The notes beneath the pieces were generated by a model. It was not told where the DNA came from. It saw only the letters and a program-made list of their open reading frames with translations, and did no database searches. 64,000 bases of DNA from Eledone cirrhosa (taxonomy: Eukaryota), in the NCBI GenBank assembly GCA_964016885.1, contig OZ024741.1:372558001-372622000 (forward strand). Reading direction: 5' to 3'. Shown in pieces: positions 36,072-49,715 of this stretch; position 1 is the stretch's first letter; every line of letters begins with the position of its first letter. A program made the translations under genes and the position numbers.

Positions 36072-36624
36072 TCAGATCGCTCTTAGGCGCTACTGGTAAC
36101 ATGTAACCCAGTACAACCTGCGCATAATCGGGTCGTTGGCGACTAAGCTGGCAACCCCACCAAGCTTACTTGGTGAGGAGGGTGATTTTGGACACCCTGT
36201 GGGATGAAAAACAAAACCCGTCAAAAAGCGAAAGAACTCAGGAGAGTCAATGGCCATCCAACACAGTTTTTTTTTCTTTTTTTTTGGAGCGAGAGACTCC
36301 TAGTCTTCATTAAGACATCTCTCTAGGAGAAGGTCACTCTGATATAAAACCTGCGATTTCGTTTGCATCCAATGATGTAGACCAGTTCTTCGTTTTGGGC
36401 AAATGCATTCGATGTTCACAGAGTGGGATTGGCCTTGTGCAAAACCTTTCCTCACTTAAAAAAGCTTCAAGCACAGGCACCGCTTGATATGTGACATTTT
36501 TTGTGATGCATGGTATTGTTGGCCATAGGTAAGTCCATTGTGGGACTAAAAAGCCATGTCCGTGATGCTCATGCTTAGGTATCAAGTGATGGCATTACTC
36601 AAAATCAAGTTGCAGCCATCATCA
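36072..36624 (+). mobile_element. Non-autonomous bipartite RTE-derived element, copy 3
   Basis: Homology to copies 1 and 2; ends GCAGCCATCATC in (TA)n. Confidence 0.7.
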
Positions 36625-36787
36625 TATATATATATATATATAGATGGGTCGCCCATGTTTGAGACAAGTCTGGCCAGCTGGCCGCGCCTTACCTTGCTCA
36701 GATGGAACAGTATTTGTATTTTGGCTGAGACTTTTACAGCTGGATGAACTTCCTAACACCAACCATATTTATATATATATATATAGA

Positions 36788-39700
36788 TCAATGTAAGCAC
36801 AATGAAAGGAAGAGCAGGAGAAATCGTAGAAATGCTAGAGCAAAAGGAAATTGATGTATGCTGTGTGCAAGAGACTAGATGGAGAGGAGAGTCTGCTAGA
36901 GTCCTTGTAGGAAAAAGTCAGTGCTACAAATTTTTCTGGGTGGGAAATGACGATGGGATGGGTGGTGTAGGTATACTACTAGCTGACAAGTGGGTAGATA
37001 AAGTAATCTCAGTGTACAGGGTAAATGCAAGAATCATTAAACTCAGACTAGTCCTGAATAAAACAATTACCACAATAATATCAGCTTACACACCCCAATC
37101 GGGGTTGCCAGACGAACTTAAGGATAGATTTTACGAGTCCCTAATGCACACTACTGCTCTAACAAACGACAATGACTTCCTAATCATCGCAGGAGATTTT
37201 AACGGACACGTAGGTAAACACTGTGACGGCTTCAATGGAGGCCATGGGGTTGGCACAAGAAATGAAGAAGGATTCAGACTTCTAGAATTCTGTGATACCA
37301 ATGACATGTCTATATGTAACACAAACTTCAAAAAACCCGACAACCACCTGATCACCTATAGATCAGGGGACCATTCTAGTCAGATAGATTTTATCCTCAT
37401 CAGAGGACGTGACAGATGGACGGTCGTAAACACAAAAGCCTTCCCTAGTGAGGAATGTACGTCCCAACATAGCTTAGTTGTCAGCGACCTCACGGTCAGA
37501 ACTGGACGAACCTGGAAACAGAGGCCAACCTGGAGAAGAAAGATCTGTAAGCTGAAAGACCTCTCAGCCAGTAACAGATTTAAAGATATTTTACTCAACG
37601 CCTACGACAGTAGAGAAGAACAGATAGAGACATTCAATGTAGAAGAGCACTGGGAGTTCCTAAAAAATAACTTACTAGCGGCAACGGATGAGTGCTGTGG
37701 CTGGAGTAAGACGACAAGCAGGAGGAGAGTGACTTGGTGGTGGAACAATAAGGTAGATGAGGCAGTTAAGGCCATGAGACAGGCATGGAAAGAATGGAAG
37801 AACGGGGGGAGCAGGGTACATTACATAGAGACCAAGAGGTAAGCTAGGCAACAAGTATACTTAGCTAGGAGGGAAGCAGAGGATAGAAAATTCAAGCATG
37901 TTTTGCAACGTGAGGACCAGAAACAGGAGGTGTTTAAGATTGCGAGGCAGTGTGTCAGAGAGAATTGTGATGTCATTAGAGAGAAGTGTATCCGGAATGA
38001 TAAAGGTGAGCTTGCCCTCACAAGTGCTGAGAAGAAAGATGCATGGAAGAGTCATTATGATAGATTACTAAATGAGGAGAATGCATGGGAAGAAGAGACC
38101 CTACCCCAAGTAGACCCTATAGAGGGGCCAGCAGTACAAGTCAGCAGCAGCGTAGTAAGTAAGGCAATCAAAGATATGAAGATGAGGAAGGCAACCGGTC
38201 CATCGGGTATAGCTGCCGAGATGCTGAAGGCATCTGGGTCTGTAGATCACACTATAACCACACGTATTGTTCACCAGGTAATACTAGAAGGTGTCATACC
38301 AAAAGATTGGTGCAGTAGCATCATTGTCAACTGCTACAAAGGTAAAGGTGATGCACTCGATAGAGGAAACTATAGAGATATAAAGCTGATGGACCAGGTC
38401 ATGAAACTAACAGAAAGAGTTATAGCACAGTTGATTAGGGACCGGGTGAAACTAGATGAGATGCAATTTGGGTTTGTACCAGGAAGAGGTACCACTGATG
38501 CCCTCTTGTGAGGCAGTTACAGGAAAAGTACTTAGCTAAAAGTAAGCCACTCTACCTGGCATTCGTCGATCTCGAGAAAGCCTTTGACAGAGTTCCACAT
38601 GCTGTAATCTGGTGGGCTCTTAGAAAACTAGGAGTAGATGAATGGCTTGTGAAAGCTGTACAAGCCATGTATAGGGGAGCAGTCAGCAAAGTTAGGATTA
38701 GCAATGAGTATAGCGAGGAATTTAGCGTACAGGTTGGTGTCCACCAGGACTCTGTTCTTAGCCCTCTCCTGTTCATCATAGTCCTGCAGGCAATAACGGA
38801 GGAGTTTAAGACCGGATGCCCATGGGAACTCTTGTATGCTAATGACCGCACACTTATAGCTGAATCTATGGTAGAACTAGAGAAGAAATTCCAAACTTGG
38901 AAGCAGAGACTAGAAAGACAGGGTCTCAAAGTCAAAATGACAAAGACTAAGGTCCTTGTAAGTAGACGAGAAAACAGAACCCAGATCCCCTCAGGGAAAT
39001 GGCCTTGCTCAGTATGTAGGAAAGGTGTAGGTAGGAACTCCATTCTCTGCCCCAAATGCAAACAATGGGTACACAAGAGATGTAGCGGGATCTCAGGAAG
39101 CTTAATTAAGAATGTAGGCTTCACATGCAGCAGCTGTACTGGGACAGCAAGCAGCAAACAGCCACAGGAAACAAGTACCACCAATCTCTGGGAGACAGTA
39201 GACAGCTTCTGCTACCTAGATGACCGAATTAGCAGCGGAGGTGGGTGTTCAGAAAGTACAATAACTAGGGTAAGAACGGGATGGAAGAAGTTCAGGGAAC
39301 TACTGCCACTGCTAGCTGCAAAAGGCTTCTCCCTCAAAATGAAAGGCAGACTGTATGATGCGTGTATCCGAACAGCAATGTTACATGGTAGTGAGACCTG
39401 GGCGCTGAAGGGGAAGACTTACGTAGATTAGAGAGAAACGAAGCCTGCTTGCTCTGATGGATGTGTTATAGTAATATACGCGAACGACAAAGCATAAATG
39501 AATTGAGAGACAGACTGAGCATAAGAGGAATCAAATGCTGTGTGCAGGAGAGGCGGTTGCGTTGGTATGGACATGTGATGCGTATGAAGGATGACAGCTG
39601 CATAAAAAGTGCAGAGCACTAGAAGTTGATGGAAACCGCGGAGTGGGGAGACCCAAGATGACCTGGGATGAGGTGATAAAAGCCGACCTTACCCAATTAC

Positions 39701-40097
39701 ACCTCTCAAAGGCGATGACACACGACCGTGACCTCTGTCGTCACGCAGTAATACAGAGTACCCGACCTCCCATGGGTACAAGCTGAAGCAAATAGACAAT
39801 ATGCCCCCCCCCCCCCCCCCCCACACACTACAAGGTGGTCGTGGAGGTGCCACGGTAAAAAAACACCCAGCCCACACTGTAAAGTGGACCTGTAGGCGCC
39901 ATGAAAAAGCACCCAGCACTCACTGTAAATGAGGTTGGTGTTAGGAAGGGCATCCAACTGTAGAAATCAAGCCAAATCAGTTCCTGTATGAGCAAGGCAT
40001 GGTCAGTCGACCAGACACTGCCCACAACAGGACAACCCGTCTAACCCATGCTAGCGTGGAAGAACGGACGTAAAACGGTGATGATGATGATGATGAT
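36788..40097 (+). pseudogene. Second, decayed copy of the PHD-containing RTE LINE (5' end missing)
   Basis: ORFs 36802-37842, 37903-38511 and 38508-39431 align with the 9810 ORF; premature TAA, frameshifts, YADD changed to YAND; same 3'UTR and (GAT)n tail. Confidence 0.93.
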
Positions 40098-40555
40098 ATA
40101 TACATACATTTTATCACTGTTTAATGTCCATTTTCCACACTAGCATGGGTTAGATGAGTTGTCCTGTTGTGAGACAAGCCAGATCAGATGACCGTGTCTT
40201 GCTCATACAGAATTGTTTTTGTTTGGTTTCTAAGGCTGGATGCCCTTTTTAATGCCAACCACAGTGTGAACTCGGTGCTTTTTGTCGTGACACCTACACA
40301 ACCACTTTATAGTGTGGGCTAGGTGCTACTCACTCATACACACGCATATATATATATTTATAAGCATCATCACTGTTTAACATCTATTTTTCATGCTTGC
40401 TTGGGGTAGACAGGCTGTCAGGTTGTAAGTCTAAACAGGCCAGCTGACCATGTCTTGTTCATATGATCTGTTTCTGGCTTAGTTTTCTATAGCTGGATGC
40501 CTTTCCTTTCTAATACCATCTTATATAATGATATATTTATCATCATTATTATTAG

Positions 40556-40738
40556 ATAGTGGCAGTATCGGTAGAGGGTCGGACGCCATGCTTTCTAGCA
40601 TAGTTACGTCCCTTTACGGTTTGAGTTCAAATCCTGTCCATGTTAACTTTGCCTTTCATCCTTACGTAGTCGATAAAATAAAGTACCAATAATTTACTGG
40701 GTAATTGCTGGCCTTGTGCCAACAGTAGAAACAATTAT
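40556..40738 (+). mobile_element. tRNA SINE
   Basis: TGGCAGTATCGGTAGAG...GAGTTCAAATCC...GTAGAAACAATTATT. Confidence 0.85.
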
Positions 40739-40741
40739 TAT

Positions 40742-41705
40742 ATAGTAGAGGAGCTAGAGAATAAATTCTGGTTATGGAAACAGCAGTTGGAATCAAGAGG
40801 ACTGAGAGTGAACATAGCTAAGACAAAAGTGTTGATAAGTAGAAGAGAGGACAATACTCTGATTCCATCAGGGAAATGGCCATGTTCGATATGTAGGAAA
40901 GGAACTGGCATAAATTCCAGAAAATGTACGCAATGTAGATCTTGGGTACACAAGAGATGTAGTGGGATAGCAGGCAAACTAACAGGTAGGGAAAACTACG
41001 TATGCAGTAGATGTACAGGGAAAGTTGGCAGCATTAATCGCAGTGATACACATTTTTCCAATGCAGGTGGGTTCTATAGAAGTGGTTGATAGCTTCCGGT
41101 ACCTAGGTGATCAGATTAGCATGGGAGGAGGGTGATCCAAGGCCATAAGATCTAGAATAAAGACAGGTTGGAAGAAGTTTAGGGAGCTGCTTCCTTTGTT
41201 GACAAAGAAGGGTTTCTCCCTGCATACGAAAGGACAGTTATATGATGCCTGTGTGAGATGCGCGATGCTGCATGGTAGTGAGACATGTGCAGCAACTGCA
41301 GAGGATATGCGACGGCTGGAGAAAAATGAAGCAAGTATGCTCCGTTGGATGTGCAATGTCAATATGCGTGAATGACCAAGCATGGATGAATTGAGAAAGA
41401 AACTGGGTATAAGAGGGATAAGTTGTGGTGTGCAGGAGAGAAGGCTGAGATGGTATGGGCATGTGATGCGCATGGAGGATGACCGCTGGGTAAAGAAGTG
41501 CCAAGAAATTCTAGTAGAAGGAAGACGCAGAAGAGGTAGACCACGTAAAACATAGGCGGGGGTGGTGAGAGCAGACCTCAGATCGCTGAAACTCACCGAG
41601 GAGATGATGAAGGGCCGTGACAAGTTGAAAGATGCTGTGCTGAATAGGACCCGTCCAACCCTTGCAAGCAGGGAAAAGCGGACGTAAAAGGATGATGATG
41701 ATGAT
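40742..41705 (+). mobile_element. RTE 3' fragment (related subfamily, PHD region retained)
   Basis: GLRVNIAKTKV...WPCSICRKG...WVHKRCSG...CSRC; stops; (GAT)n tail. Confidence 0.88.
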
Positions 41706-42032
41706 ATATATGTGTGTGCGTGTGTATTTATATCATGCACATGCAGATTTTGATGTGGAATTTGGAGTGAAAAAAAGTGCATTTTATACACCAAAGAATA
41801 TGGTGCTCTCAATAAATGAATTGATAGTTTTCAATGGAACAAATAATTTTGATTACAGGAATCATAAGGAAAAAATAATATTCACAAACAGTACCTTAAC
41901 CTTTTTAACATCAATCCGTCTCTGACTGCCCCCATATATAATACAAAAAAACATCCACTTCGAAGTGTTCATATTTAAATATAAACTTTCTATCATCTTA
42001 AGAATATTTTATTAAGTTATATTCCAGTGAAA

Positions 42033-42840
42033 GGCAGGGGATTGGCAGTATCGGTAGAGGGCCGGACGCCATGCTTTGACGCATAGAGTTACTGCCCTTG
42101 CCATTCTGAGTTCAAATCCCGCCAAGGTTAACTTTGCCTTTCATCCTTACGGGGTCGATAAAATAAAGTACCAGTAATACACTGGGTAATTGCTGGTCTT
42201 GTGCCAAAAGTAGAAACAATTAAGTTATATTCCAGTTTCCACTTTAATAATGGAGAAGTTAGTTATATTTTTAAACCCCCAAATTTTTGATTATCTAAAA
42301 AATGAATGGAAACATAGGTAGTATATTTCATTAGAATTACCGGCTCTGGTTCTATGAAACAAAACTACCTATTTTAAAGGGTTCCTATTTGAATTAAAAT
42401 ATTAATTTTATCTATAAAAACCTATTTTAGTAATGAAATAATTAATAATTTTAGTAAATCCCACAAAATTATTTATTAATCAATTGAAACAATGCATTTC
42501 ATTAGAACACTAGTATGGACACTAGTAATATAAATGAACTGATTCCAAACAAGAATTAAATCTGTTGTTTCACCTTACCACCTACTGTAGTAATTATTGT
42601 TTTTATAATTCCGAAATGGACGGTGGATTGACAGTATCGGTAGAGTGTCGGACAACATAATTTTTGACATAGAGTTGCAACCCTTTACGTTTTCAGTTCA
42701 AATCCCGCCAAGGCTAGTTTTGTCTTTCATCCTTACAGATTGATAAAATAAAGTATCAGTAACACACTGGAGGTCTATTTATTGACTTTGCCCTCCCCCA
42801 AAAAATTGTTGGCCTTGTGCCTAAATCAGAAACCATTATT
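42033..42840 (+). mobile_element. Two tRNA SINE copies (42033-42220; 42619-42840)
   Basis: Family consensus; TSD taagttatattccagt around the first copy. Confidence 0.82.
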
Positions 42841-43259
42841 CCGAAACCTGAGATTTTTCCTGGAGTGGAATTGAACATTTCTGACATTAATGCCTTTCCC
42901 AAGAGAGCATTAGCAGAATCAATGATTTGGAATGGTCCCAAATTGGAAACCAAAACATGGATACAATTTCAGTATTAACCTCAATTGTATGGAATTTGAT
43001 AATTTTTTTCACTAGACAAAATGCCAGTTTCTCTAAAGAATATTATGTAGTTAGCAAACTGAAACACAAAAATCACTTAAAATAAGTGATATTGGTTGGC
43101 TTTGATGAAACTTTAGCACCAATCAATTAAGAGCGACACAATAAAACAAATGGATCTATTACATGCATGGAGTCACCTTATCAGTAGATGTTTATTTATA
43201 TACCTATAACCCAACATTAAGATATCTCTTTATGTGTATGTGTTGTGTATATATGTTAG

Positions 43260-44025
43260 TGTCATGACAAATCCACCCGATCCACACTGTATAGTGGTTA
43301 TGTAAGTGTCATGGCAAAAAACACCCAGCACATACTGTAAGTGTGGTTGGCGTTAGGAAGGGCATCCAGCCGTAGAAACCAAGCCAGAAACAGTTCTGTA
43401 TGAGCAAGAAACAATCACCTGACCCAACTTGTCTCAAATGGGACAACCCATCTAACCCACACTAGTGTGGAAAATGGACATTAAACAATGATGATAATGA
43501 TATATACACACATATATATATATATATTTATATATATATATATATCATCATCATTATCGTTTAACGTCAATCTTCCACGCTAGCATGGGTTAGACGGCTT
43601 TGTTCCATTTGATGCGGGAATGGTTGGGAGACCGTGTCTTGCTTGCACGGAAGTGTCTCTGGCAAGTTTTTTACAGCTGGATGCTCTTCCGTTGGATGTG
43701 TAATGTCAATGTACATGAACGACCAATCATGGATGAGTTGAGAGAGAAACTGTGTATAAGAGGGATAAGTTGTAGTGTGTGGGAGAGAAGACTGCGATAG
43801 TATGGACATGTAATGCGCATGGAGGATGACCGCTGGGTAAAGAAGTACCAAATGCCAGTAGAAGGAAGATGCAGTAGAGGAAGACCATGAAAAACATGGG
43901 TGGAGGTGGTGAGAGCAGACCTCAGATTGTTGAAGCTCACGGAGGAGATGACGAAGGACCATGAGAAGTGGAGAGCTGCTGGAAAGTGGAGAGAATGGAA
44001 AAGCGGACGTAAAATGATGATGATA
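43260..44025. mobile_element. Cluster of RTE 3' fragments in both orientations
   Basis: Plus tail 43260-43500, minus tail 43545-43685, plus coding remnant RWMCNVN... 43688-44025. Confidence 0.75.
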
Positions 44026-44029
44026 TCTA

Positions 44030-44072
<43 letters not shown>

Positions 44073-44116
44073 AATAAGATTAAAAACCGGGTTATTTCAG
44101 CATAATTGCTTTATTG

Positions 44117-44165
44117 CATGATATATATTTCTGTTACATGGTTATGCATGTGACCTCATCAGATG
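44117..44165 (-). ncRNA. Minimal hammerhead ribozyme with palindromic tetraloop
   Basis: Reverse complement: cat CTGATGA ggtcacatg cataac catgtaaca GAAA T ATAT A TC atg c AATAAA; complete core, NUH = AUC. Confidence 0.75.
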
Positions 44166-44605
44166 TTTATACAATAATAGGTGTAGTTTTGCAATCATGG
44201 TGATATGTTACTGGTCATGTATTACCATCCAGTTATGATGCCAGCAGACATGAATCTCTTTGTTTATTAAGTTTTAGTAGTAGATGTATCAGTCTTCTGA
44301 TTGCTTGAGTTTGTGGGCTTTCGGTAAAGTTCCTATACTTAATTGTTGACAGATTTACTATTACATCTCAGCTTGTGGCCTATTATTTCGTTGTAGTCTG
44401 TAGTTTGTGCTATCATCATATCTCCTTTGCCGTTGGTCTGAGCAACACTTTGTGAGTTGTGGAACATGGAAATATAATGGATATTAACAGTCAGGGATTG
44501 AAGTTGAAATATGAATGGAATCTTATGAAAGGAAAATTAATCATAATTAATGCTCAAAGTATGGTAGTACAATCAACCAGCTGTGGGATAATACAGAAAT
44601 GCTTA

Positions 44606-44800
44606 GTAATAATTGTTTCTACTTTTGGCACAAGGCCAGCAAATACCCAGTGCATTACTGGTACTTTATTTTATCGACCCCGTAAGGATGAAAGACAAAG
44701 TTAACCTCGGCGGGATTTGAACTCAGAATGGCAAGGACCATAACTCTATGCGTAAAAGCATGGCGTCCGACCCTCTACCAGTACTGCCAATCCACCTCCT
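44606..44800 (-). mobile_element. tRNA SINE
   Basis: Family consensus; TSD cttagtaataat. Confidence 0.85.
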
Positions 44801-44942
44801 TCTTAGTAATAATGACAATGATAAAGTGATATATATTTAATCAATAAAAGGAATTATGACAAAAAAAAATCCCAGAGAATATATTTGATCCAGAGATGGC
44901 TCTGAATATTCAGTGTTATAAATATATATATATTATATATAT

Positions 44943-46083
44943 GTGGAGGTGGGTGTCCCGAAAATACAGTAACCAGAGTAAGAACGGGATGGAAGAAGTT
45001 CAGGGAGTTACTACCACTGCTACTTACAAAAGGTCTTTCTGTGAAGATGAAAGGCAGACTGTATGATGTGTGCATATGAACAGCAATGTTGCATGGTAGT
45101 GAGACCTGGGCACTGTGTGCAGAAGACTTATGTAGATTGGAAAGATATGAAGCTTGCATACTCTGATGGATGTGTAATAGTAATACACGTGAATGGCAAA
45201 GCATAAACGAGCTGAGAGTGAAATTAGGCATAAGAGGAATCAGATGCAGTGTACAGGAAAGAGATTGCATTGGTATGGACATGTGATGTGTATGAAGGAT
45301 GACAGCTGTTTAAAAAGGTATAGGGCGCTCAAAATCAATAGATACCTTGGAGTGGGAGGATCCAAGAAAACTTGGGACAAGCTGATCTCGCCCAATTGCA
45401 TCTCTTAAAAGCGATGACACAGGACTGAAGTCTGGTGTTACGCAGTAATACAGAAGACTCGAATTCCCATGAGCACAGGCCGTACCTGAAGCATATATAT
45501 AATATGCACCACTCCACCCACTCCCATACATCTCCCATGAGGACAAGCTGAAGTGACATCCAGAGAAGCTGCCAGCCCACACTGTAAAGTGGTGGTGTTG
45601 GTGACAACAAAAAAGCACCCAGCCCACACTGTAAAGTGGTTGTGTAGGTGTCACGGCAAAAAGCGCCCAGCCCACATTGTAAAGTGGTCATGTAGGTGAT
45701 GGGAAGGGCATTCACCCGTGGACAGTTTGCCAAACTGGATTGGGAGGACCCTTCAGTTGTGTCAAGGATATGACAGCCACCCTAGTGCTTGGTGAACTAC
45801 AAGATAAACACACCCAGTACACACTGTAAAGTGGTTGGTGATAGGAAGGGTATCCAGCCAGAGAAATCTTGCCAAACAAAAAGTTTGGAGGACCCTCAGT
45901 TGTGTCAAAGACATGACAACCTCTCCTGTAGACTTGGTGGTGCATCGGCCATACATAAGTGAGATACAGATCCCTGGTCTGTCTGGAAGATCAGTAGCTC
46001 CACTTCAGTACTGACTTGGTCTATGTAGACCTTTCCAACCTTTGCTAGCAAGGAAAGCAGATGTTAAAACAATGATGATGATG
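44943..46083 (+). mobile_element. RTE 3' fragment with expanded 3'UTR
   Basis: RVRTGWKKFRELLPLL remnant; ~45-bp unit repeats at 45570-45700; (GAT)n tail. Confidence 0.8.
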
Positions 46084-46460
46084 ATATATATGTGTGTATG
46101 CAGGTTAATTACATCTGGCACACCCATATCAGTAAATGGAGCAGGTTAGTTGTTTTATTTAGAAGGTTGTGTTTGAATTACATTTTTGACTTGTGTGGCT
46201 TGTGTATGGTGGGTGGGGTTGATTGTTAGTTTATGGCTTGTGTTGCTTGAGTTTATTGAGATATTTGTTTGCATTCTAGTTAAGGCAAATGAAGGTTTTA
46301 GTTATATATATATATATTTAGGTTTGAAGGTTCACCACTGGATAGAGCTGGTCATTCCGTATAGTCAATCTTGATGTAATAGTATGGAGAGTACTCAATG
46401 TAAATCAGCTCAACCGTCTTCGTTTGCGTAGTTGGTGGTGAGAGTACGGAGTTAAATATT

Positions 46461-47917
46461 ATAATAAAATAACAGGAGGCTGGACTTGTGTAAAGCCTTG
46501 AAAGGTTGATCATTTTTCCAAGCACTCAAGGGAGGCTTATGCACCAGGGCGCTGGGCGCGCAGCCAGGAAAACCAGCACACCAGTCGGATCATCGCGTGT
46601 AATCAATTATAAAACCCGATGAAAAGCACAAATAGACTATATCTAGGTCCCCAGATAGTCCGGGTTATAAGTATTGTGGTTCTCAGGGGGAGATATTCTA
46701 GTGTCATGTGCTAATGAGTACAATAAGTACTTAATGAGAATAAAACGAGTAAAAACCTAAATAAAAGGAACAGTAGGCAAAAACCAAGAATACATAGATA
46801 TGCGCCCTGGTGCATAAGCCTCCCTTGTGTGCTTGGAAAAACAAATTTCCCCTTCTTTCGGTAAATGAAATTACTCGGAGCGGCTTGCTTCGCCCTGGGG
46901 CCCGCCGCGCCGCCGTTTTTGACCGCCATATTGACCTTTAAATTCTAGGCCTAATCATAACTATTAGCTGTATCATGCCTTCCTCTACTGGCACTTAAAC
47001 AAATCCCCCTCCTGTGTAAATTAATAGTACTCGTTTGGTATAACGATGGCTGACTTCCCACTAGCACACCCGAAGCTTAGAACAGTTACATTCCTTGAGT
47101 GCTCGGAAAAATTGATTTCCATATCTCTCGCTAGACGGTTTCACTCGGAATGGCTGACACGTGGTTAGGATGGGCTGGCCGGAGTCTGCAGTCGTCGCGT
47201 GCTGTTTGACTGCTAAACAAAGACTTAATCTTTACTCTATATCCCACCCTGAAAACTTATCGAGGATCTCTATAATACACTTAAAATTTTTTCATAAAAG
47301 ACTCTCTCTGTAAATTCTTTAACTAAATCTCGCAACCCAAACCATAAATATTTTTAAACTGTTTAATTTTTAATTTTCAAATTTTTTAAAACTTTATAAT
47401 TTTAATCTTTAATTTAATTTTTTAAAATTTCATCCTATAAATCTAAACAAAAATTTATTGTTCCAATTTTCTGTTCACACATTATACCATACAGACGCCC
47501 ACTATATATACCTCTGTTAAGATATAGTTCTTTAGAATAACATTTTTCGCGGCAATTCCTAGCCTGATTGTAGCATGACATTAACGCTGACTTTTCTTCT
47601 TTCTTTTTGTCGTTTTTTTTTTCTCTTTGACCAAGAGGTTAGTAGCACATTATAAGCTTTCGCCCCCTCACCAGATAGCCTTAAGTAGACTGAATAGCCA
47701 GCACTTGAGGGCGACCGGCTAAAGTGGAAGATGCTAGATGGTCGGTCGTCCTCAGGTCTATGATTTTCAGCCCCATGGATTTTATCTGTTACATGCATTT
47801 ATTATATTTCGAATACCTGATGATATCACCGGATTCATACGGAACCCGGTCATTGAAATGATCATAGTATGATAAACCTTTCAAGGATTTACACAAGTCC
47901 AGCCCCCTGTTATTTTA

Positions 47918-47921
<4 letters not shown>
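46461..47921 (+). mobile_element. Non-coding Penelope-like element with a 53-bp terminal inversion
   Basis: 46461-46513 is the reverse complement of 47869-47921; inner ~40-bp inverted repeat (about 46515-46553 / 46802-46840); ends in (TA)n. Confidence 0.65.
47813..47870 (+). ncRNA. Minimal hammerhead ribozyme with palindromic tetraloop
   Basis: atac CTGATGA tatc accgg...ccggt catt GAAA T GATC A TA gtat; stem I atac/gtat, NUH = AUA; base of stem II mismatched. Confidence 0.72.
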
Positions 47922-47948
<27 letters not shown>

Positions 47949-48337
47949 ATGGCTGACTGAATACCCACTTGTGTTCTTTTTCCCTTTTTTTTCCCCATTC
48001 CTTCCTCTTCTCACTTTTTATCTTTTATTTCCATCTTCTGATGGACTAGTATCTGGAACGTCATGACTATTTTCCTGCTATTTCAAGCGTTAAACTAATA
48101 TATTTCTTCAATTGTTGCTATTTCTGTTTACTTATCACACACACACATTAAAAACAACAGAAGGCCAGCCTGGAAACTTTCTTTAAAAATGTTAATTCCA
48201 TGAAAACACTATACATAGTCAGTGGCCCAGTTTCATTATCTGTGCTTTAATTTATTGCATCAACGTTTACTAATTGGAATCACCAGTTCTATCCATTGGT
48301 AAACAACAACATATATGGTATATATATATATATATAA

Positions 48338-48651
48338 ATTTATTAAAATAACAGATTAAAGTTTAAGCAAAGAATCGCTGCTTTCACCCTTAACGGGATC
48401 TTCTGAAACTAACAAAGTCAATCTGTGAACGCAGAAGTGAATATTTCAAAAAACGTTGCAACCGGAGGAAAACAGGAAGACGATACTTTGGTTCGTGGAA
48501 AGTATCGTCTTCCTGTCTTCCTCCGGTTGCAGCGTTTTTTTGAAATATTCACTTCTGCGTTCACAGATTGACTTTGTTAGTTTCAGAAGATCCCGTTAAG
48601 GGTGAAAGCAGCGATTCTTTGCTTAAACTTTAATCTGTTATTTTAATAAAT
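48338..48651. repeat. Near-perfect 314-bp palindrome in (TA)n
   Basis: Arms 48338-48489 and 48499-48651, 9-nt loop; CAGAAGA-tccc-gttaa-gggt-GAAAG decayed hammerhead at 48584-48608. Confidence 0.9.
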
Positions 48652-48736
48652 ATTTTCTCTATGGTTCTTATATATTTGATATATATTTATCCTTATCGAG
48701 CCCTCTTTGGATTTTAGTCTTCAAATTTATTATTAT

Positions 48737-48775
<39 letters not shown>

Positions 48776-49079
48776 GGAAAAGAATGACTTCACTTGTATT
48801 CAACAATTTCAATTAAATTTTATAATATTATAATTTTACAATTTGGCTTTGTAGATCTAGTAAGTTCTTTGTTAACTTCGGTGTGGAGATTTTAAAAGAT
48901 TCCTGATTAACTTTCCTGGAGAACTTTCTCGCATTCGTTGGTGGCGATTGTCAAACCGATCTCAGGTTGTGTTGTGATGTGTGTCACTCTATATATAAGA
49001 AATTTTGTGTCAGGAGGGGGGGGGGGGGTTAATGAGTGTGAGAGTGAAGGAGTGTTGATGAAGATTTAAAGGAATTAGA

Positions 49080-49120
<41 letters not shown>

Positions 49121-49715
49121 AATTGGAGCATAAGATACATGTCTTTTGATAAAAATGGGATGATAGCAAAGAGAAAAATAAGGATAGTTTCGGAACACAA
49201 AATATATCCCATCTTCAAATAGTGGGATTCTCTCCCTTTAAAAAAAAAAAAAATTGTATATTGAAAAAAGAAAAATATCCAAATAAAAGATGACACTCGC
49301 ACTTTCAAACAATCGATTGTTGAAAAGAACATCCACTTTACATTAAACCCCCCCCCCCCCCATGTATATGTGAACCTAAATATGTGTTACACTGTCTTCT
49401 GTAATCAGTAAAGTAATCCATGATACATTTAAAAAAGATAATATATATAAACTGTATTACTGTGAAATGTAATGAAAATGAAAAAGGAGCAAATTAGCGA
49501 CAGAAATATAAATGTTATGATATAACAATGCAAATATATGAACGTTTATATAAGTGATATGTGATATAGCGTCCGTTATATCATAACTGGAAGTATTGAC
49601 ATTTCAAAATTTTAAAAGAAGTGAATCTTAAAATAAGCAATCATTATATATAAGAATATTTATGTTAAATCAACAGCTACGAAATTTAGTACATAAATTA
49701 TGTAATATTCATTCC

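Noticed and set aside
45570-45700. CRISPR-like repeat array
   Set aside because: Eukaryotic context, no unique spacers, part of an RTE 3'UTR.
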